Below are positions 1-10,477 of a stretch of DNA of 61,570 bases, piece by piece. The position numbers were made by a program, and so were the translations under genes. Numbering within the stretch: position 1 is the first letter of the stretch; each line of letters opens with the position of its first letter. This DNA is from Bacteriovoracaceae bacterium (GTDB lineage: Bacteria; Bdellovibrionota; Bacteriovoracia; Bacteriovoracales; Bacteriovoracaceae), in NCBI GenBank assembly GCA_043721975.1, contig JAYSPR010000124.1:1-61570 (forward strand), in the 5' to 3' direction. Under the pieces are notes generated by a model. It was not told where the DNA came from and ran no database searches. It saw only the letters and a program-made list of their open reading frames with translations.

Positions 1-1051
1 TGAGAAACTAGAAGCTTCCAATAAAGAAACTTCAATGACTTTAAGTGATAAGGAAGATGTTCTTAACCTACTTAAAGATAGCTTAGGCCAGCTTCTCCTT
101 TCAATGAAAGACAGAGAAGATGAAGTTAAAGATATCACTGCAAAAATGAATAAAAACCAGAGAGAAATCTCTGAGTATGAAGTTAAGCTATCTCAATATG
201 TTATTGAAGAAGAGCAGAACGTAAGAAATATTTTTGAAAAATATCAAATCGATTTGCGTTTAGTTCTTGGAAAATTCCTGTCATACGAAGAAAGTGACTA
301 TCAAGAGCTTAAAGACTTAAGTTCAATGTTCTGGATGGAAACGGAAGAAGGTTTAAAGGAAATTGACCGTGTTGATTTTGAGTTTGTTCGTCGCTATGGA
401 CAGGATTTAAAAGAATGCGCAGACAAACTTAAAAACTATAAGCTTGAATTCGGTCGCCTTGGAGACATTAACTGGCAAGCGATTGAAGACTACGACAGAC
501 AAAAACTTCGTGCAGATTTCCTCAAAATTCAAGAGACAGAACTTAGGTCTTCACTTGAAGATCTTCAAAAAGCAATTGCCCATATTGATGAAAAATCGAA
601 AATACGTTTTCAAGCAGCTTACGATGAAGTTAATTCGCGCTTCCAGAAAGTTTTTCCAATCATCTTCGGTGGTGGTTCGGCAGACCTCAAGGTCGTTGGC
701 GATATTAACGATGCTGAATGCGGTATTGAAATTGTTGCTCAGCCTCCTGGAAAGAAAATGCAAAACATTAACCTCATGTCTGGTGGTGAAAAGGCCATGA
801 CTGCCGTGAGTTTAATTTTCTCTATTTTCCTTGTGAAGCCTTCTCCATTTTGTCTTCTTGATGAGGTTGATGCTCCCCTTGATGATGCTAATGTCGGACG
901 TTTTAATGAGCTTTTAAGAGAAATGAGTAGTGATTCTCAGTTCATTTTGATTACTCACAATAAGAAGACCATGGAGCTCAACGACACTCTTTACGGGGTA
1001 ACGATGCAAGAGCCAGGTGTTTCGAAAGCCGTTTCAGTTCAATTACATTAA
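1..1051 (+). CDS. smc: Chromosome segregation protein SMC, C-terminal part (5' truncated by the window)
   Basis: Coiled coil, then PPGKK, signature MSGGEK, Walker B LLDEVDAPLD and ITHNKKTME, all typical of the SMC C-terminal head. Confidence 0.95.
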   Translation, partial: EKLEASNKETSMTLSDKEDVLNLLKDSLGQLLLSMKDREDEVKDITAKMNKNQREISEYEVKLSQYVIEEEQNVRNIFEKYQIDLRLVLGKFLSYEESDYQELKDLSSMFWMETEEGLKEIDRVDFEFVRRYGQDLKECADKLKNYKLEFGRLGDINWQAIEDYDRQKLRADFLKIQETELRSSLEDLQKAIAHIDEKSKIRFQAAYDEVNSRFQKVFPIIFGGGSADLKVVGDINDAECGIEIVAQPPGKKMQNINLMSGGEKAMTAVSLIFSIFLVKPSPFCLLDEVDAPLDDANVGRFNELLREMSSDSQFILITHNKKTMELNDTLYGVTMQEPGVSKAVSVQLH

Positions 1052-1057
1052 AAAATG

Positions 1058-1089
1058 AAAAGGGCTTCTTATTAAAAGCCCTTTTTTTT
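1058..1089 (+). terminator. Intrinsic terminator after smc
   Basis: AAAAGGGCT...AGCCCTTTTTTTT hairpin followed by a T-tract. Confidence 0.8.
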
Positions 1090-1131
1090 ATTTTAATTCC
1101 AAAAAATGTAATATCATAAACCAATCAGAGA

Positions 1132-1632
1132 TTGTTTATATTAACTCACAAAAAGACTCGGGTGTTCGTGAAAAAACTACTTTTAATGATTCCTGCTTTA
1201 TTGTCCTTAAATGCTTTCTCTCAAACGGATTTTTCCGCAGAAGTCATAAAAGGATCAAATATACTTTCGATCTCTATTGCTGATGATGGATTAATTCCAC
1301 CTTTTGAAGGTGGGGAATTTTGGATGGCAATGAAAGGCATGGAACAACATAAGTATATTGAAGCAGAGAATTTTAGTTTGGAGTGTGATGCTTTAAGAAA
1401 TAATCAAAGAGAAGTATTTGCATCATGCCTGATTAATTTACCAATGAGCTCAATGCAAAAAATAGGTGATATTCTTGTTTTTAAATTAAAAGGCTCCAAA
1501 GCCAGAAAACTCAATCAATACTTTAACGATAGTGCTTATGTTTCAATTCAAAGGGCGGGGGTTTATTTATCGTCTTATAATACACGCAGTGAGTTTTATT
1601 TTGGTATCAATGAAGGACTAATTAAGAAGTAA
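1132..1632 (+). CDS. Hypothetical secreted protein (start probably downstream, at GTG 1168)
   Basis: Signal peptide-like KKLLLMIPALLSLNAFS; no recognisable domain. Confidence 0.7.
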   Translation: MFILTHKKTRVFVKKLLLMIPALLSLNAFSQTDFSAEVIKGSNILSISIADDGLIPPFEGGEFWMAMKGMEQHKYIEAENFSLECDALRNNQREVFASCLINLPMSSMQKIGDILVFKLKGSKARKLNQYFNDSAYVSIQRAGVYLSSYNTRSEFYFGINEGLIKK

Positions 1633-1634
1633 CT

Positions 1635-2342
1635 ATGAAAAAAAATAAACTATGGTTTAGAAGAAAAACATACGGCTGGGGTTGGACACCGATTACTTGG
1701 GAAGGCTGGGCCGTCACACTAATGGTCGTGGTCGTTCCACTTTGTATTAGACTAATAATGAAGAGTTTAGATTTTTCTAAACCAACTCAATATTTTTATA
1801 CCTATGCTTCAATTCCAATTTTAATCATGATCTTAGTTTTGGTCTGTTTTCGTTATGGTGAAAAACCTAAGTGGCAATGGGGAATTAAGCGAACAAAACT
1901 CTCTCATGTAGAACTCAATGTCTCTAACTATGCTCAAAGTATAAAATTTTATGATTTAATACTGCTTAGCTTAGGTTGGGAAAAATTAGTGAGTAGATTG
2001 GATCATACTACATATACCGATGGTACATTGAAACTGGTTGTTTGCCCGACAGATGAAGCCTACAAGCAATTTGGCTTTCATCGAAAAAGAATGGGACTAA
2101 ACCACTTGGCTTTTTATGCTGAAACGAAAGAAGTAGTGGATGATTTTTACCGAGAAGTATTACTTAAAAATAATTTTAAGAGCCTGTATCAAGATGGAGC
2201 TTCAGGAGATAATAATTATTATTCAGTGCTTTTTGAAGACCCAGACAGGATTAAATTGGAAGTCGTCTATTCACCATTTTATTGTGATAAAGAATATATG
2301 ATGAATAATATTGAAAGTAATTTTGATCCCTATAGTGCTTAA
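1635..2342 (+). CDS. Two-TM domain fused to a VOC/glyoxalase-family domain
   Basis: N-terminal WGWTPITWEGW and two hydrophobic helices; then HVELNV..SIKFY, GLNHLAF and FEDPDRIKLEVV VOC motifs. Confidence 0.8.
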   Translation: MKKNKLWFRRKTYGWGWTPITWEGWAVTLMVVVVPLCIRLIMKSLDFSKPTQYFYTYASIPILIMILVLVCFRYGEKPKWQWGIKRTKLSHVELNVSNYAQSIKFYDLILLSLGWEKLVSRLDHTTYTDGTLKLVVCPTDEAYKQFGFHRKRMGLNHLAFYAETKEVVDDFYREVLLKNNFKSLYQDGASGDNNYYSVLFEDPDRIKLEVVYSPFYCDKEYMMNNIESNFDPYSA

Positions 2343-2360
2343 TTAGTAATTAAAGGAGTT

Positions 2361-3665
2361 TTGAAATTGAATATTTTAAGATTTCTTTTCCTAGGTCTAA
2401 TCTTTAATTTTAATACCACTCAGATATTCGCGATTGAACCTGTTTTGAGTATTTTAAAGCCAAATTATGATCAAGATAAAAACACAGCTTCACTAGACCT
2501 CGAAAAAAGAAAAAAATGGGCCCTCTTTAAAGAAATAAATTGTACAAACAAGTCAGACAAAGCAAATAAATTGATTAATAAAATTAGCTTAGAGTCTGAA
2601 ATTATCAAACAGGCCCGTGGGGCAATCACTAAAACCAATCCAAACACTATTGTTTTAAAATTTAAAGGAGGAAGTTCTTTAGAATTTAAAAGTTCAAATG
2701 AAAATAAAAAGAGCACAGATGCCAAGCAAGAGCTTTCTAAGATTTTTATTTCTAGTTATTGGAATCAACTTAACTATATAGAAATTGTTCACTTGGATAA
2801 TGAAGTAAGTTTTTTAGAACTCATTGATATGAATACAGGTATTGGATCAGTACTAGATTTAGGACAATTATTTTGGTCTCCGAATGGTGAGTTTATGGTG
2901 AATCTGTCATCTCGAAATGAGCTTAAGGCTCCAAACGATCCAGATAAGATGACGATTTATTCTTGTAAAGATCGTTCAAAATCTTGTCAAAAATTAACCA
3001 CGGAATTAATGGAAGATATTCCCAATAATATTATTTGGAGTTGCGATAATAAATTTAAAACATCTCTCAATGAGTGTAAGTGTCAGCTAGATGAATGTAC
3101 TTGTAGGAATTATCAAAAAAAAGAAATAAAAATAAAAACGGGTTGGCCAGTTTGGGCCCAGGGAATGGAAAGCGAACAAAAACCGAGCTCAGTGACAAAA
3201 ATTATTTCATCAGAAAATCCTTTCATTGTGCTTCCCAATTTAGCCAAGGTTGATTTTTCGAAATTGCCTATTTTATTTGGAAAATCAGTTTCAATCGCCT
3301 TAATTTTTGATTCTGAAATTAACAAAAAAGCAAATGATGCTAGTATGATTCTCAGGGCAGATTTAAGTGATCCTAGAATTATTCAAATCATTTTACCCTT
3401 AGTTGTAGAGCCTGATACTTTAATACCTATTACCATTTACTCACCAGAGATATCAAGAAAGCACACTGAAGACAGGCAGCCGATGCTATATACATTTAAT
3501 TCGGGAGAGTTTAAACCCAATTTTGTTGAATTTGATGAAGAGAAAAATACTTACTATGCTTTAATAAAAAATTGTTCAGATCAAGCTGATACAAAAAAAT
3601 TTGGACAATCAATTTGCTCAATGAAATTAGGTTTAATGAAAGTTATGCAGATACAAAATGACTAA
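2361..3665 (+). CDS. Hypothetical secreted protein with central Cys-rich segment
   Basis: GGAG SD plus TTG start, signal peptide, CKCQLDECTC segment. Confidence 0.65.
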   Translation: MKLNILRFLFLGLIFNFNTTQIFAIEPVLSILKPNYDQDKNTASLDLEKRKKWALFKEINCTNKSDKANKLINKISLESEIIKQARGAITKTNPNTIVLKFKGGSSLEFKSSNENKKSTDAKQELSKIFISSYWNQLNYIEIVHLDNEVSFLELIDMNTGIGSVLDLGQLFWSPNGEFMVNLSSRNELKAPNDPDKMTIYSCKDRSKSCQKLTTELMEDIPNNIIWSCDNKFKTSLNECKCQLDECTCRNYQKKEIKIKTGWPVWAQGMESEQKPSSVTKIISSENPFIVLPNLAKVDFSKLPILFGKSVSIALIFDSEINKKANDASMILRADLSDPRIIQIILPLVVEPDTLIPITIYSPEISRKHTEDRQPMLYTFNSGEFKPNFVEFDEEKNTYYALIKNCSDQADTKKFGQSICSMKLGLMKVMQIQND

Positions 3666-3967
3666 TTGAGCGTGTTACAATTAGCGTAAGCTTGTAAATA
3701 AACGATAGGGTCATTGATTGGATCAAATGAGTTCACTCGAACCCAAGCTGACATATATTGATAAAGAACTCTATATTCAGAAGTACTAATGTATCCACCT
3801 TTTTTAGTTTGCCCACTAATTTGTATTGAGCAGCTTATGTCTTTTCCAGATGTATTATTGAGAGTGCACTCACCACTAAAGGCACTGCACGTTGGGTATA
3901 AAAAAACCGGTGTTGAATAAGCATTGAAGCTGGCCATTAAGCTAAGTGCAAAAAGTATTTTTTTCAT
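3662..3967 (-). CDS. Small secreted Cys-containing hypothetical protein
   Basis: AAGGA SD, signal peptide MKKILFALSLMASFNAYS, 4 Cys. Confidence 0.75.
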   Translation of the reverse strand: MKKILFALSLMASFNAYSTPVFLYPTCSAFSGECTLNNTSGKDISCSIQISGQTKKGGYISTSEYRVLYQYMSAWVRVNSFDPINDPIVYLQAYANCNTLN

Positions 3968-4132
3968 TATTTATTCCTTTAGAATCCTAAATTGATCCAC
4001 TAATCATCTAATTATTTTTCATCAATGGCAACGTGATAGTCAAATGTAATGAATAATCTCAAAATCTTTTTCAATTTTATGAGAAAATATATAAGAAGTA
4101 TTATTCATGACATGGTTAGGGTAGAGGTTTGT

Positions 4133-5569
4133 ATGAAATTTATAGTAGTCTTTTTTCTCATGAGCTTTAGTTTTGCTACAAGTGCAAATTCATGGATTCG
4201 AGGAGAAACCTCAGTTTCAAGAATTTATAAGGCCTCTGGTAATAATCTTTTTGGTAATAAGCTGGTCACTCCAGAAGGAACTTTAAAATATTCAGCCAAT
4301 TTACAAAGTAAAGATAAGTGGGATTGGCGTGATGTCGACGGACAAAATTGGTTAACGCCAGTAGGTGATCAGGGAAATTGTGGATCTTGTGTCGCGTTTG
4401 CTTCTATTGCAGTTCTTGAAGCACAACTCGTGATTGAAAGTAAGTTGCCATGGTTAAAAAATCAATTATCGCAGCAAGCACTGTTTGATTGTGGACAAGG
4501 AAGTTGTAATGTCGGATGGCTTCCAGAGTGGGCAACTTATCAATTAAAATCAGTCGGAACTGTTGATTTGTCCTGTGCACCTTACCGCTCTGGCGGCACT
4601 GGAGAAAATGGCCGGTGTGAAGAAAATTTTTGTTCTAACCAACTCGATCGAACGATAAAAATTCTCTCAAGCTCAACTCCCAGCACAAGATATAATGGAA
4701 ACGATAAAAAAGTTAAAGAAGCCCTTAAGCACGGGCCACTCTTAACAACAATGAATGCACGAGAAGATTTCCTTTACTATAAAGGGGGAATTTACAAAAC
4801 GGCCAATAGTAAAAAAGCAGGAGGCCATGCCGTTGCAATTGTCGGATTTGATGACGAGAAAAAAGCTTGGCTCATTAAAAATTCCTGGGGCTTAGACTGG
4901 GGAGAAAATGGTTATGCTTGGATCTCATATAGTGATCCTTCGGGCATTGGTAACTTAACCTGGAAATATGAAGTGGGAGCACCCAAGAATCAACTGGTCT
5001 TTAGTGAGCTTACTAATGGTTCTTATTTAAGTGGTAGTGAAATGATAAAATTTGAGAGTCAAATTAGTTCAAATATAAATTTAGAACTTAAATCTAAAAC
5101 TGCCAATTCTCTTTTAATTCCTTGTCTCCTTGGCGCTAAGACCTGTGCATTAGATACAAGTGCATTTCCAGATGGCGAGTATGAACTCTCATTAGTTACA
5201 GATACAATGAAAAGCACACCTCTAACTATTTATATTGTAAATTCATTACCAGATATTTCAATTGAATGGGGAAATTTAGGGATTGATACAAGCCAGGCGA
5301 TTAGCGGCAGAATTGTTATGCCTATCATTGTAAAAAAAGATTTAAGTCATATTCCACCACGGAGTCTAACTTTTTATGTTGAAAACGATAGTGGAGATAT
5401 TTTATATCGCACAAAAATGAAAGTGACTGCAGATACAATGAAGGTTGGTTTTAGAACCAGTCATGTGAAGAATGGTCAATACTCATTTTATTTCAATGCA
5501 GAAGTGCCAGATGGTAAAGGAATAAAAGTTATTTCAACCGAAGCAAAAAAATTTATTATAAAAAATTAA
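4133..5569 (+). CDS. Secreted papain-family (C1A) cysteine peptidase with C-terminal beta-rich extension
   Basis: [20 protein letters not shown] and [14 protein letters not shown] motifs; signal peptide begins at ATG 4133 after a GAGG SD. Confidence 0.9.
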   Translation: MKFIVVFFLMSFSFATSANSWIRGETSVSRIYKASGNNLFGNKLVTPEGTLKYSANLQSKDKWDWRDVDGQNWLTPVGDQGNCGSCVAFASIAVLEAQLVIESKLPWLKNQLSQQALFDCGQGSCNVGWLPEWATYQLKSVGTVDLSCAPYRSGGTGENGRCEENFCSNQLDRTIKILSSSTPSTRYNGNDKKVKEALKHGPLLTTMNAREDFLYYKGGIYKTANSKKAGGHAVAIVGFDDEKKAWLIKNSWGLDWGENGYAWISYSDPSGIGNLTWKYEVGAPKNQLVFSELTNGSYLSGSEMIKFESQISSNINLELKSKTANSLLIPCLLGAKTCALDTSAFPDGEYELSLVTDTMKSTPLTIYIVNSLPDISIEWGNLGIDTSQAISGRIVMPIIVKKDLSHIPPRSLTFYVENDSGDILYRTKMKVTADTMKVGFRTSHVKNGQYSFYFNAEVPDGKGIKVISTEAKKFIIKN

Positions 5570-5570
5570 A

Positions 5571-6581
5571 TTAATTCGTTTTTGTTACTTTTGATAGATG
5601 TTTGGGCTCATCAGGATTTAGTCCTCGAGCAATAGAGAGAGCTTCAATCATTAAATAGAAAGATTGAGCGGCACTAATAATGTCGAGTTCTAAAGCGTGA
5701 GTTGTATGAATCGTAAGATTTCTTTCAGTGACAAAATTAGGTGCTGCTAAAATAACATTGGCACCACGATTTTTCATATCTAAGGCAAGTTCAAGCATAC
5801 TTGTAAGCGTCGGACCCTGTGTTGCAAATATAAGTAGAGGATAGCCTGCTTCAATGAGGGCCTGAGGGCCGTGCTTTATTTCAGCTGCACTAAAAGCTTC
5901 AGCTTGAATTGCACATGTTTCTTTAAATTTTAAAGCAACTTCTAAGGCCAAAGGCAGGCCGTAACCACGGCCTACAACCATAATTCTTTTTGCGTCGACT
6001 AGTTTAGGGATGGCATTTGTCCAATCACATGATTGTGCTATTTTTAAATCATCGCTTAAATAATCGAGAGCATTAATTAAATTTTTATCTTTACTCCATG
6101 TTGCAATCAGATGAGCAGAGGCACTTAATGAGGCAATGAAACTTTTTGTTGCTGCAACAGATTTTTCGGATCCAGCTAAAAGTGGAATTGTCCATTGGCT
6201 TGTTTTGGCAAGCGGTGATTGGGTATCATTGACCAAGGCAATGCTTCCCAAACTATTTTTAGCAAAATAACTTAAAGGATTAACAACGTCAGGACTCTGA
6301 CCTGATTGAGAAATCGCAATCCCCAATGAACGAGAGACTTTAAGTTCAGTTTTATAAAGAGTCAAAATTGACATTGATAAGGAAGTTGGTAATAGGCCAA
6401 GTTTCGCCATAGTCAAATAATTTAAGTATTGAGCAGCATGGTCAGAACTCCCACGGGCGATACTCACAATAGAATAAGGATCTAGTTTAATAATTTGCTC
6501 AGAAAGATCGCTAACGAGCTTTTTATTTGATGTTAGTTGGTGAGCAACAACTTCACTGGCCTCGAGGGCCTCGCTTCTCAT
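5571..6581 (-). CDS. SIS-domain glucosamine-6-phosphate deaminase (NagB-II / GlmS C-terminal-like)
   Basis: ARGSSDHAA, ISQSGQSPD, EKSVAATKSF, LKFKET, EIKHGP and HLSKVTKT. Start placed at ATG 6581, just after the nagA stop. Confidence 0.88.
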   Translation of the reverse strand: MRSEALEASEVVAHQLTSNKKLVSDLSEQIIKLDPYSIVSIARGSSDHAAQYLNYLTMAKLGLLPTSLSMSILTLYKTELKVSRSLGIAISQSGQSPDVVNPLSYFAKNSLGSIALVNDTQSPLAKTSQWTIPLLAGSEKSVAATKSFIASLSASAHLIATWSKDKNLINALDYLSDDLKIAQSCDWTNAIPKLVDAKRIMVVGRGYGLPLALEVALKFKETCAIQAEAFSAAEIKHGPQALIEAGYPLLIFATQGPTLTSMLELALDMKNRGANVILAAPNFVTERNLTIHTTHALELDIISAAQSFYLMIEALSIARGLNPDEPKHLSKVTKTN

Positions 6582-6582
6582 T

Positions 6583-7677
6583 TTAGTGCTCACAGAGATC
6601 TCCTTCAATCGTGACGGAAAGTATTTCGTCTTGGTCATCAAGTAAAATAAAGTCAGCAAAGTAATTTTCCTTTATCTGACCTCGATCACTTAAAGATAAA
6701 AGAGATGCTTGAATTTCAGAAAATTTTAAATGCAGTTGGTATGGATCTAATCCCATTTGTTTCATGTTTTTGTAAGCTTGAATCATGGTAAGAGCACTAC
6801 CAGCTAATGTTCCATCGGGAAGACGAACACCACCGAGACATTTATGAACAATATTTGATCCTAGTTTGTAATCACCGTCTGGCATACCAGTCGCTGCAGT
6901 TGAATCTGTCACGAAATAAATGTGGGGTATACAACGTAATGCTGTTTTAATTGCACCAGGGTGAACATGTTCTAAATCTGGAATGAGCTCAGCAAAATGT
7001 CCGTGAGCTAACGCAGCTCCTACCATTCCTGGTGCTCGGTGGTGAAAACCAGACATGGCATTAAAGAGATGAGTGAAACTTTTTGCACCTTGACTGAGAG
7101 CTTGTACACCTTCTTCATATGTTCCATTAGTGTGACCAATTTGAACAATGATTCCCATTTTTGTAATGGCAGCAATGAGGCCTTGATGATTAAAAACTTC
7201 TGGAGCAAGAGTGATAATTTTAATGGGAACAATTTTATTTAATTCTTCAATTTCTTTTAATGTCGCTTCCCGTGCAAAATTTGGTTGCGCCCCTAATTTT
7301 TTATCACTGATAAAAGGTCCTTCTAGGTGGACACCAAGAATACGTGAAGAATTTTTAGATCGCTTTTCAAATTGATCTTTCATATGCAAAAAAGAATTTT
7401 TAAGTTCAGGATAGGGAGCGGTCATTGTTGTGGCTAAAAATGAAGTTGTCCCAAATTTCGCATGAGTTGTAGCGACAACTTCAGAGGATTTTCCTCCTTC
7501 CATAATATCAGATCCACCACCGCCATGGACGTGCAAATCAATAAATCCAGGAATCAAATATGGTAGAGCTTTATTAGCCTCGCCGTGAATTTGGATTGAT
7601 TGAAATTTGTCTGAGTAAGTAAGAGTGGCCTCTACCAATTTTTCATTTTTTAAAATATTAGCTTTGATCGTTCTCAT
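6583..7677 (-). CDS. nagA: N-acetylglucosamine-6-phosphate deacetylase
   Basis: PGFIDLHVHG, HLEGPF, GHT, THLFNAM and GTLAGS motifs. Confidence 0.95.
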   Translation of the reverse strand: MRTIKANILKNEKLVEATLTYSDKFQSIQIHGEANKALPYLIPGFIDLHVHGGGGSDIMEGGKSSEVVATTHAKFGTTSFLATTMTAPYPELKNSFLHMKDQFEKRSKNSSRILGVHLEGPFISDKKLGAQPNFAREATLKEIEELNKIVPIKIITLAPEVFNHQGLIAAITKMGIIVQIGHTNGTYEEGVQALSQGAKSFTHLFNAMSGFHHRAPGMVGAALAHGHFAELIPDLEHVHPGAIKTALRCIPHIYFVTDSTAATGMPDGDYKLGSNIVHKCLGGVRLPDGTLAGSALTMIQAYKNMKQMGLDPYQLHLKFSEIQASLLSLSDRGQIKENYFADFILLDDQDEILSVTIEGDLCEH

Positions 7678-7678
7678 T

Positions 7679-8584
7679 TTAAGGCGCTCTGGTTAGGAGC
7701 AGTAATGCACCAATGGTTGAATCTCCATCGGGAGTGCGATGTCTTTTTTGTAGAGTCTCAGGCATAAAAGAAATTAAAGCCTCTCCTAGTCTGCCGCAAA
7801 TAGAAAATGGATATTCAGCATTAGGATCAAGGGCCGATGTCATTAATTCAATTTCAATTCCCGCGTTGAGCAGTAATGCCCGTGCTTCGGAATCAGTGCT
7901 TTCAGATTGAAAAACGAGAGGAGCCAATTGAGCAAAACTATTTTGCCCAGCATTTCCTAACCAGTTTAAAAATTGAGCAGGATCTTTTCCACAATAATTT
8001 AATACGGCTTCACTAAGTGTTGAAGAAGGTCTTCTGCCATCAAGAGTTTTTTGTGCAAGGGCAGCAGCTTTGAGTCCAAGCCACGCACCACTCGCTTCAT
8101 CACCAGCAGGAAATCCCCACCCAGAAACATCTTTTCTATTTAATTTTAAATCCAGAAGCATTCCAACACTTCCAGTTCCAACAGCAACGATGACACCAGG
8201 TTTTCCTCCATGGGCACCAAGTAAAGTTGTAAAGCCATCAGTGTCGAGAATAATATTTTTAAATCCAGGGTTTCGCAGATAAAATTCATTTTTCCAAATG
8301 ATATTGTTGGCACCAGAAAGTCCGAGTCCAATAGCGCATTCTGAAAGCATGGGCACAGGGAGGTTTCCGTAGTGAAAAGCTCGAGCCAATGTATCCAAAA
8401 TAGATCTCCACGCTTTTTCTATTCCTTGCCCGAGAGCAGATGGATCACCAGTGGCACTGGCTAAAATTTTTAATTTTTTATCAGTGACAATAATGCGAGT
8501 TCCGCTTCCGCCACCATCGACTCCAACGAGATATTTAATAGTATAGTCTTCAAGGATTTCATTTTGTTTGGATTTGATTGTCAT
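7679..8584 (-). CDS. BadF/BadG/BcrA/BcrD-family kinase, probable GlcNAc kinase
   Basis: GVDGGGSGT, AVGTGSVG and GWGFPAGDEASGAWLG; first gene of the nag operon. Confidence 0.85.
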   Translation of the reverse strand: MTIKSKQNEILEDYTIKYLVGVDGGGSGTRIIVTDKKLKILASATGDPSALGQGIEKAWRSILDTLARAFHYGNLPVPMLSECAIGLGLSGANNIIWKNEFYLRNPGFKNIILDTDGFTTLLGAHGGKPGVIVAVGTGSVGMLLDLKLNRKDVSGWGFPAGDEASGAWLGLKAAALAQKTLDGRRPSSTLSEAVLNYCGKDPAQFLNWLGNAGQNSFAQLAPLVFQSESTDSEARALLLNAGIEIELMTSALDPNAEYPFSICGRLGEALISFMPETLQKRHRTPDGDSTIGALLLLTRAP

Positions 8585-8590
8585 CAGACA

Positions 8591-8619
8591 ATTTTATGAG
8601 GAGATCGTATGGGAGTCAA
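8591..8619 (-). promoter_or_regulatory. Sigma-70 promoter of the nag operon (probably leaderless)
   Basis: TTGACT-17 nt-TAAAAT, then 6 nt to the ATG at 8584. Confidence 0.7.
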
Positions 8620-8659
8620 TTAGTTGAGCCTGAGACTCAGATAAAGAAAGCGAAAGAAA

Positions 8660-8687
8660 GGAGATAGAGTTTTTAAACTCTATCTCC
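8660..8687 (-). terminator. Intrinsic terminator of the 8701..9660 gene
   Basis: GGAGATAGAGTTT/AAACTCTATCTCC inverted repeat followed on the minus strand by TTTCTTTC. Confidence 0.75.
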
Positions 8688-8700
8688 GGGAAAAAAATAA

Positions 8701-9660
8701 TTATTGATTAACTGTAATGCTTTCTGAAGCTGATAAAGCAGGAAGATTTCTGTTTAAAGCAGAAGATGTATCTACTAATACCTTTAAATCAGCTTTAATA
8801 ACATGTTTCTTGTTTGATTTAACACCACCGATAAGTTTATTAAGATCAACTTTTACTAAACCATTTTCTTCAGACGTTTTTTCAAAAGAATATTCACTTG
8901 GAGCAAGAGCACGATCAATAAGTGACTCATCTTTCTTTAAAAGATTTCTTCTTTCAATGAATAATTTTAAAGAGAAATTAGAATTTTTTGTTAAGTCACC
9001 AGTTCTAAAAATAAGTGTCTGACCTTCAAGTCTCATTTCCTTAATTCCACTGCTTGTTGGAGCTGAAACAATTTTTGAATCTAAAAGAGTTAATTCAAGA
9101 GAACGGTTTTGAACGACAGTAGCTCCTTCACGGAATTCATCAGCTTTAGTTTTTGATAAGACGATGAATTCAGCACAGTTTGCAGCAGCTCTAAAAGCAT
9201 TTCCTTCAAGAGAGAAATCAAGCAAACATGTGTTGTGTGGTGCTGTTACAGTTCCTGGAACAGAAGCAACAACTACATTAACGTTAGCTTTTGAATTATT
9301 GCTAAAAACTTCGTATGGAACAGAGACTGTTGCATAACAAGTATAGGCTTCTTGTCTGTAACGAATTTCATTTCTACAACGATTGACATATCTCACACCA
9401 CAAATACGTCTTGATTGACTGTCTTCATAGCAGTAATTTTCTGGTTCTTGGCGACAAATTGTTTCATAACCATCAGCAACCGTTCTAAAACAAGTTCTAG
9501 AAACTGTTTCACTTCTGTATTCAGTTCTGGTTTGAACAGCATTCATTGTAAAATTTTGTTCAGTTGTCTCTCCTGTTAGTGGAAGAGTGTAACCATCAAT
9601 TGTAGAAGCATGAACATTAAGTCCCGCAAATAAACTCAAAGCAAGTAATAGTGATTTCAT
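8701..9660 (-). CDS. Hypothetical secreted protein with a Cys-spaced beta-hairpin-like region
   Basis: AGGAG SD, signal peptide, regularly spaced Cys in the N-terminal half. Confidence 0.8.
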   Translation of the reverse strand: MKSLLLALSLFAGLNVHASTIDGYTLPLTGETTEQNFTMNAVQTRTEYRSETVSRTCFRTVADGYETICRQEPENYCYEDSQSRRICGVRYVNRCRNEIRYRQEAYTCYATVSVPYEVFSNNSKANVNVVVASVPGTVTAPHNTCLLDFSLEGNAFRAAANCAEFIVLSKTKADEFREGATVVQNRSLELTLLDSKIVSAPTSSGIKEMRLEGQTLIFRTGDLTKNSNFSLKLFIERRNLLKKDESLIDRALAPSEYSFEKTSEENGLVKVDLNKLIGGVKSNKKHVIKADLKVLVDTSSALNRNLPALSASESITVNQ

Positions 9661-9862
9661 TTTGTCTCCTTTGGCTAATATAGCTGGCTCCTTATATGTA
9701 AAAATGATGAATCAAGTCAATCGTTTGATATTCGCTGTGAGTTTTTTTCATGTTCAGACGATGAGTTTTTATTTTTTAGGGCCATTTTGCTCTCAAACGA
9801 TTTGAGCTTTGATGCGAACTCAGGCATGATACTTCATGAATTCAAATCCTTGGAGAGATTGT

Positions 9863-10477
9863 ATGAAAGTTTCCTTAAGTTTAATTTTGATGAGTACTTT
9901 TCTTGCGACTAAGGCCTATGCTGCTTTTTTGCCTTCTTCATTTACTTCGAAATTTGAACAAGAGTATGTCAGCACTTTGAAAGGTAAAGTCAAAAAAGGT
10001 GAAGGCAGTATTGATTATAAATATCCAGGTCAAATTAGATTAGAGACCAATCTTCCAAGCACAGTGGTCTTCACTAGTAATGGATCACGGGCCTGGTATT
10101 ATCGAGCTCCATTCATAGAGGGTGAGCAAGGGGAAGTCACTGAAACATCGGCACAAGATGGCTCGATGGCCTTCATTAAATTCTTTGATTCATTAAAAGA
10201 AGGTTTGGTCTCTAATGCACTTTATGAAGTTAAGGCTGGAGATCCAACAATTATTAATTTTACTGATAAATCTAAAAAAGCTCTAGGAATTAATCAATCC
10301 ATAATTACTTTTAAGAATAAAGTAAGTAAGTCATTTTCTGATATTGAAACAATTGAATTAGTTTTAGCTGATGGAAAAAAATCTAAATTAAAATTTAAAG
10401 ATTTAAAATCAGAAATTACTTTTTCAAGTAATCATTTTATTTTCACCGCACCAGCAAATACTAAAAAGGTGAACTAA
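9863..10477 (+). CDS. lolA: Outer-membrane lipoprotein carrier LolA family
   Basis: F.Q.Y...G..KGEG....KYPGQIRLE...P.....SNG..AWYY pattern and terminal FIFTAP; GGAG SD before ATG 9863. Confidence 0.8.
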   Translation: MKVSLSLILMSTFLATKAYAAFLPSSFTSKFEQEYVSTLKGKVKKGEGSIDYKYPGQIRLETNLPSTVVFTSNGSRAWYYRAPFIEGEQGEVTETSAQDGSMAFIKFFDSLKEGLVSNALYEVKAGDPTIINFTDKSKKALGINQSIITFKNKVSKSFSDIETIELVLADGKKSKLKFKDLKSEITFSSNHFIFTAPANTKKVN

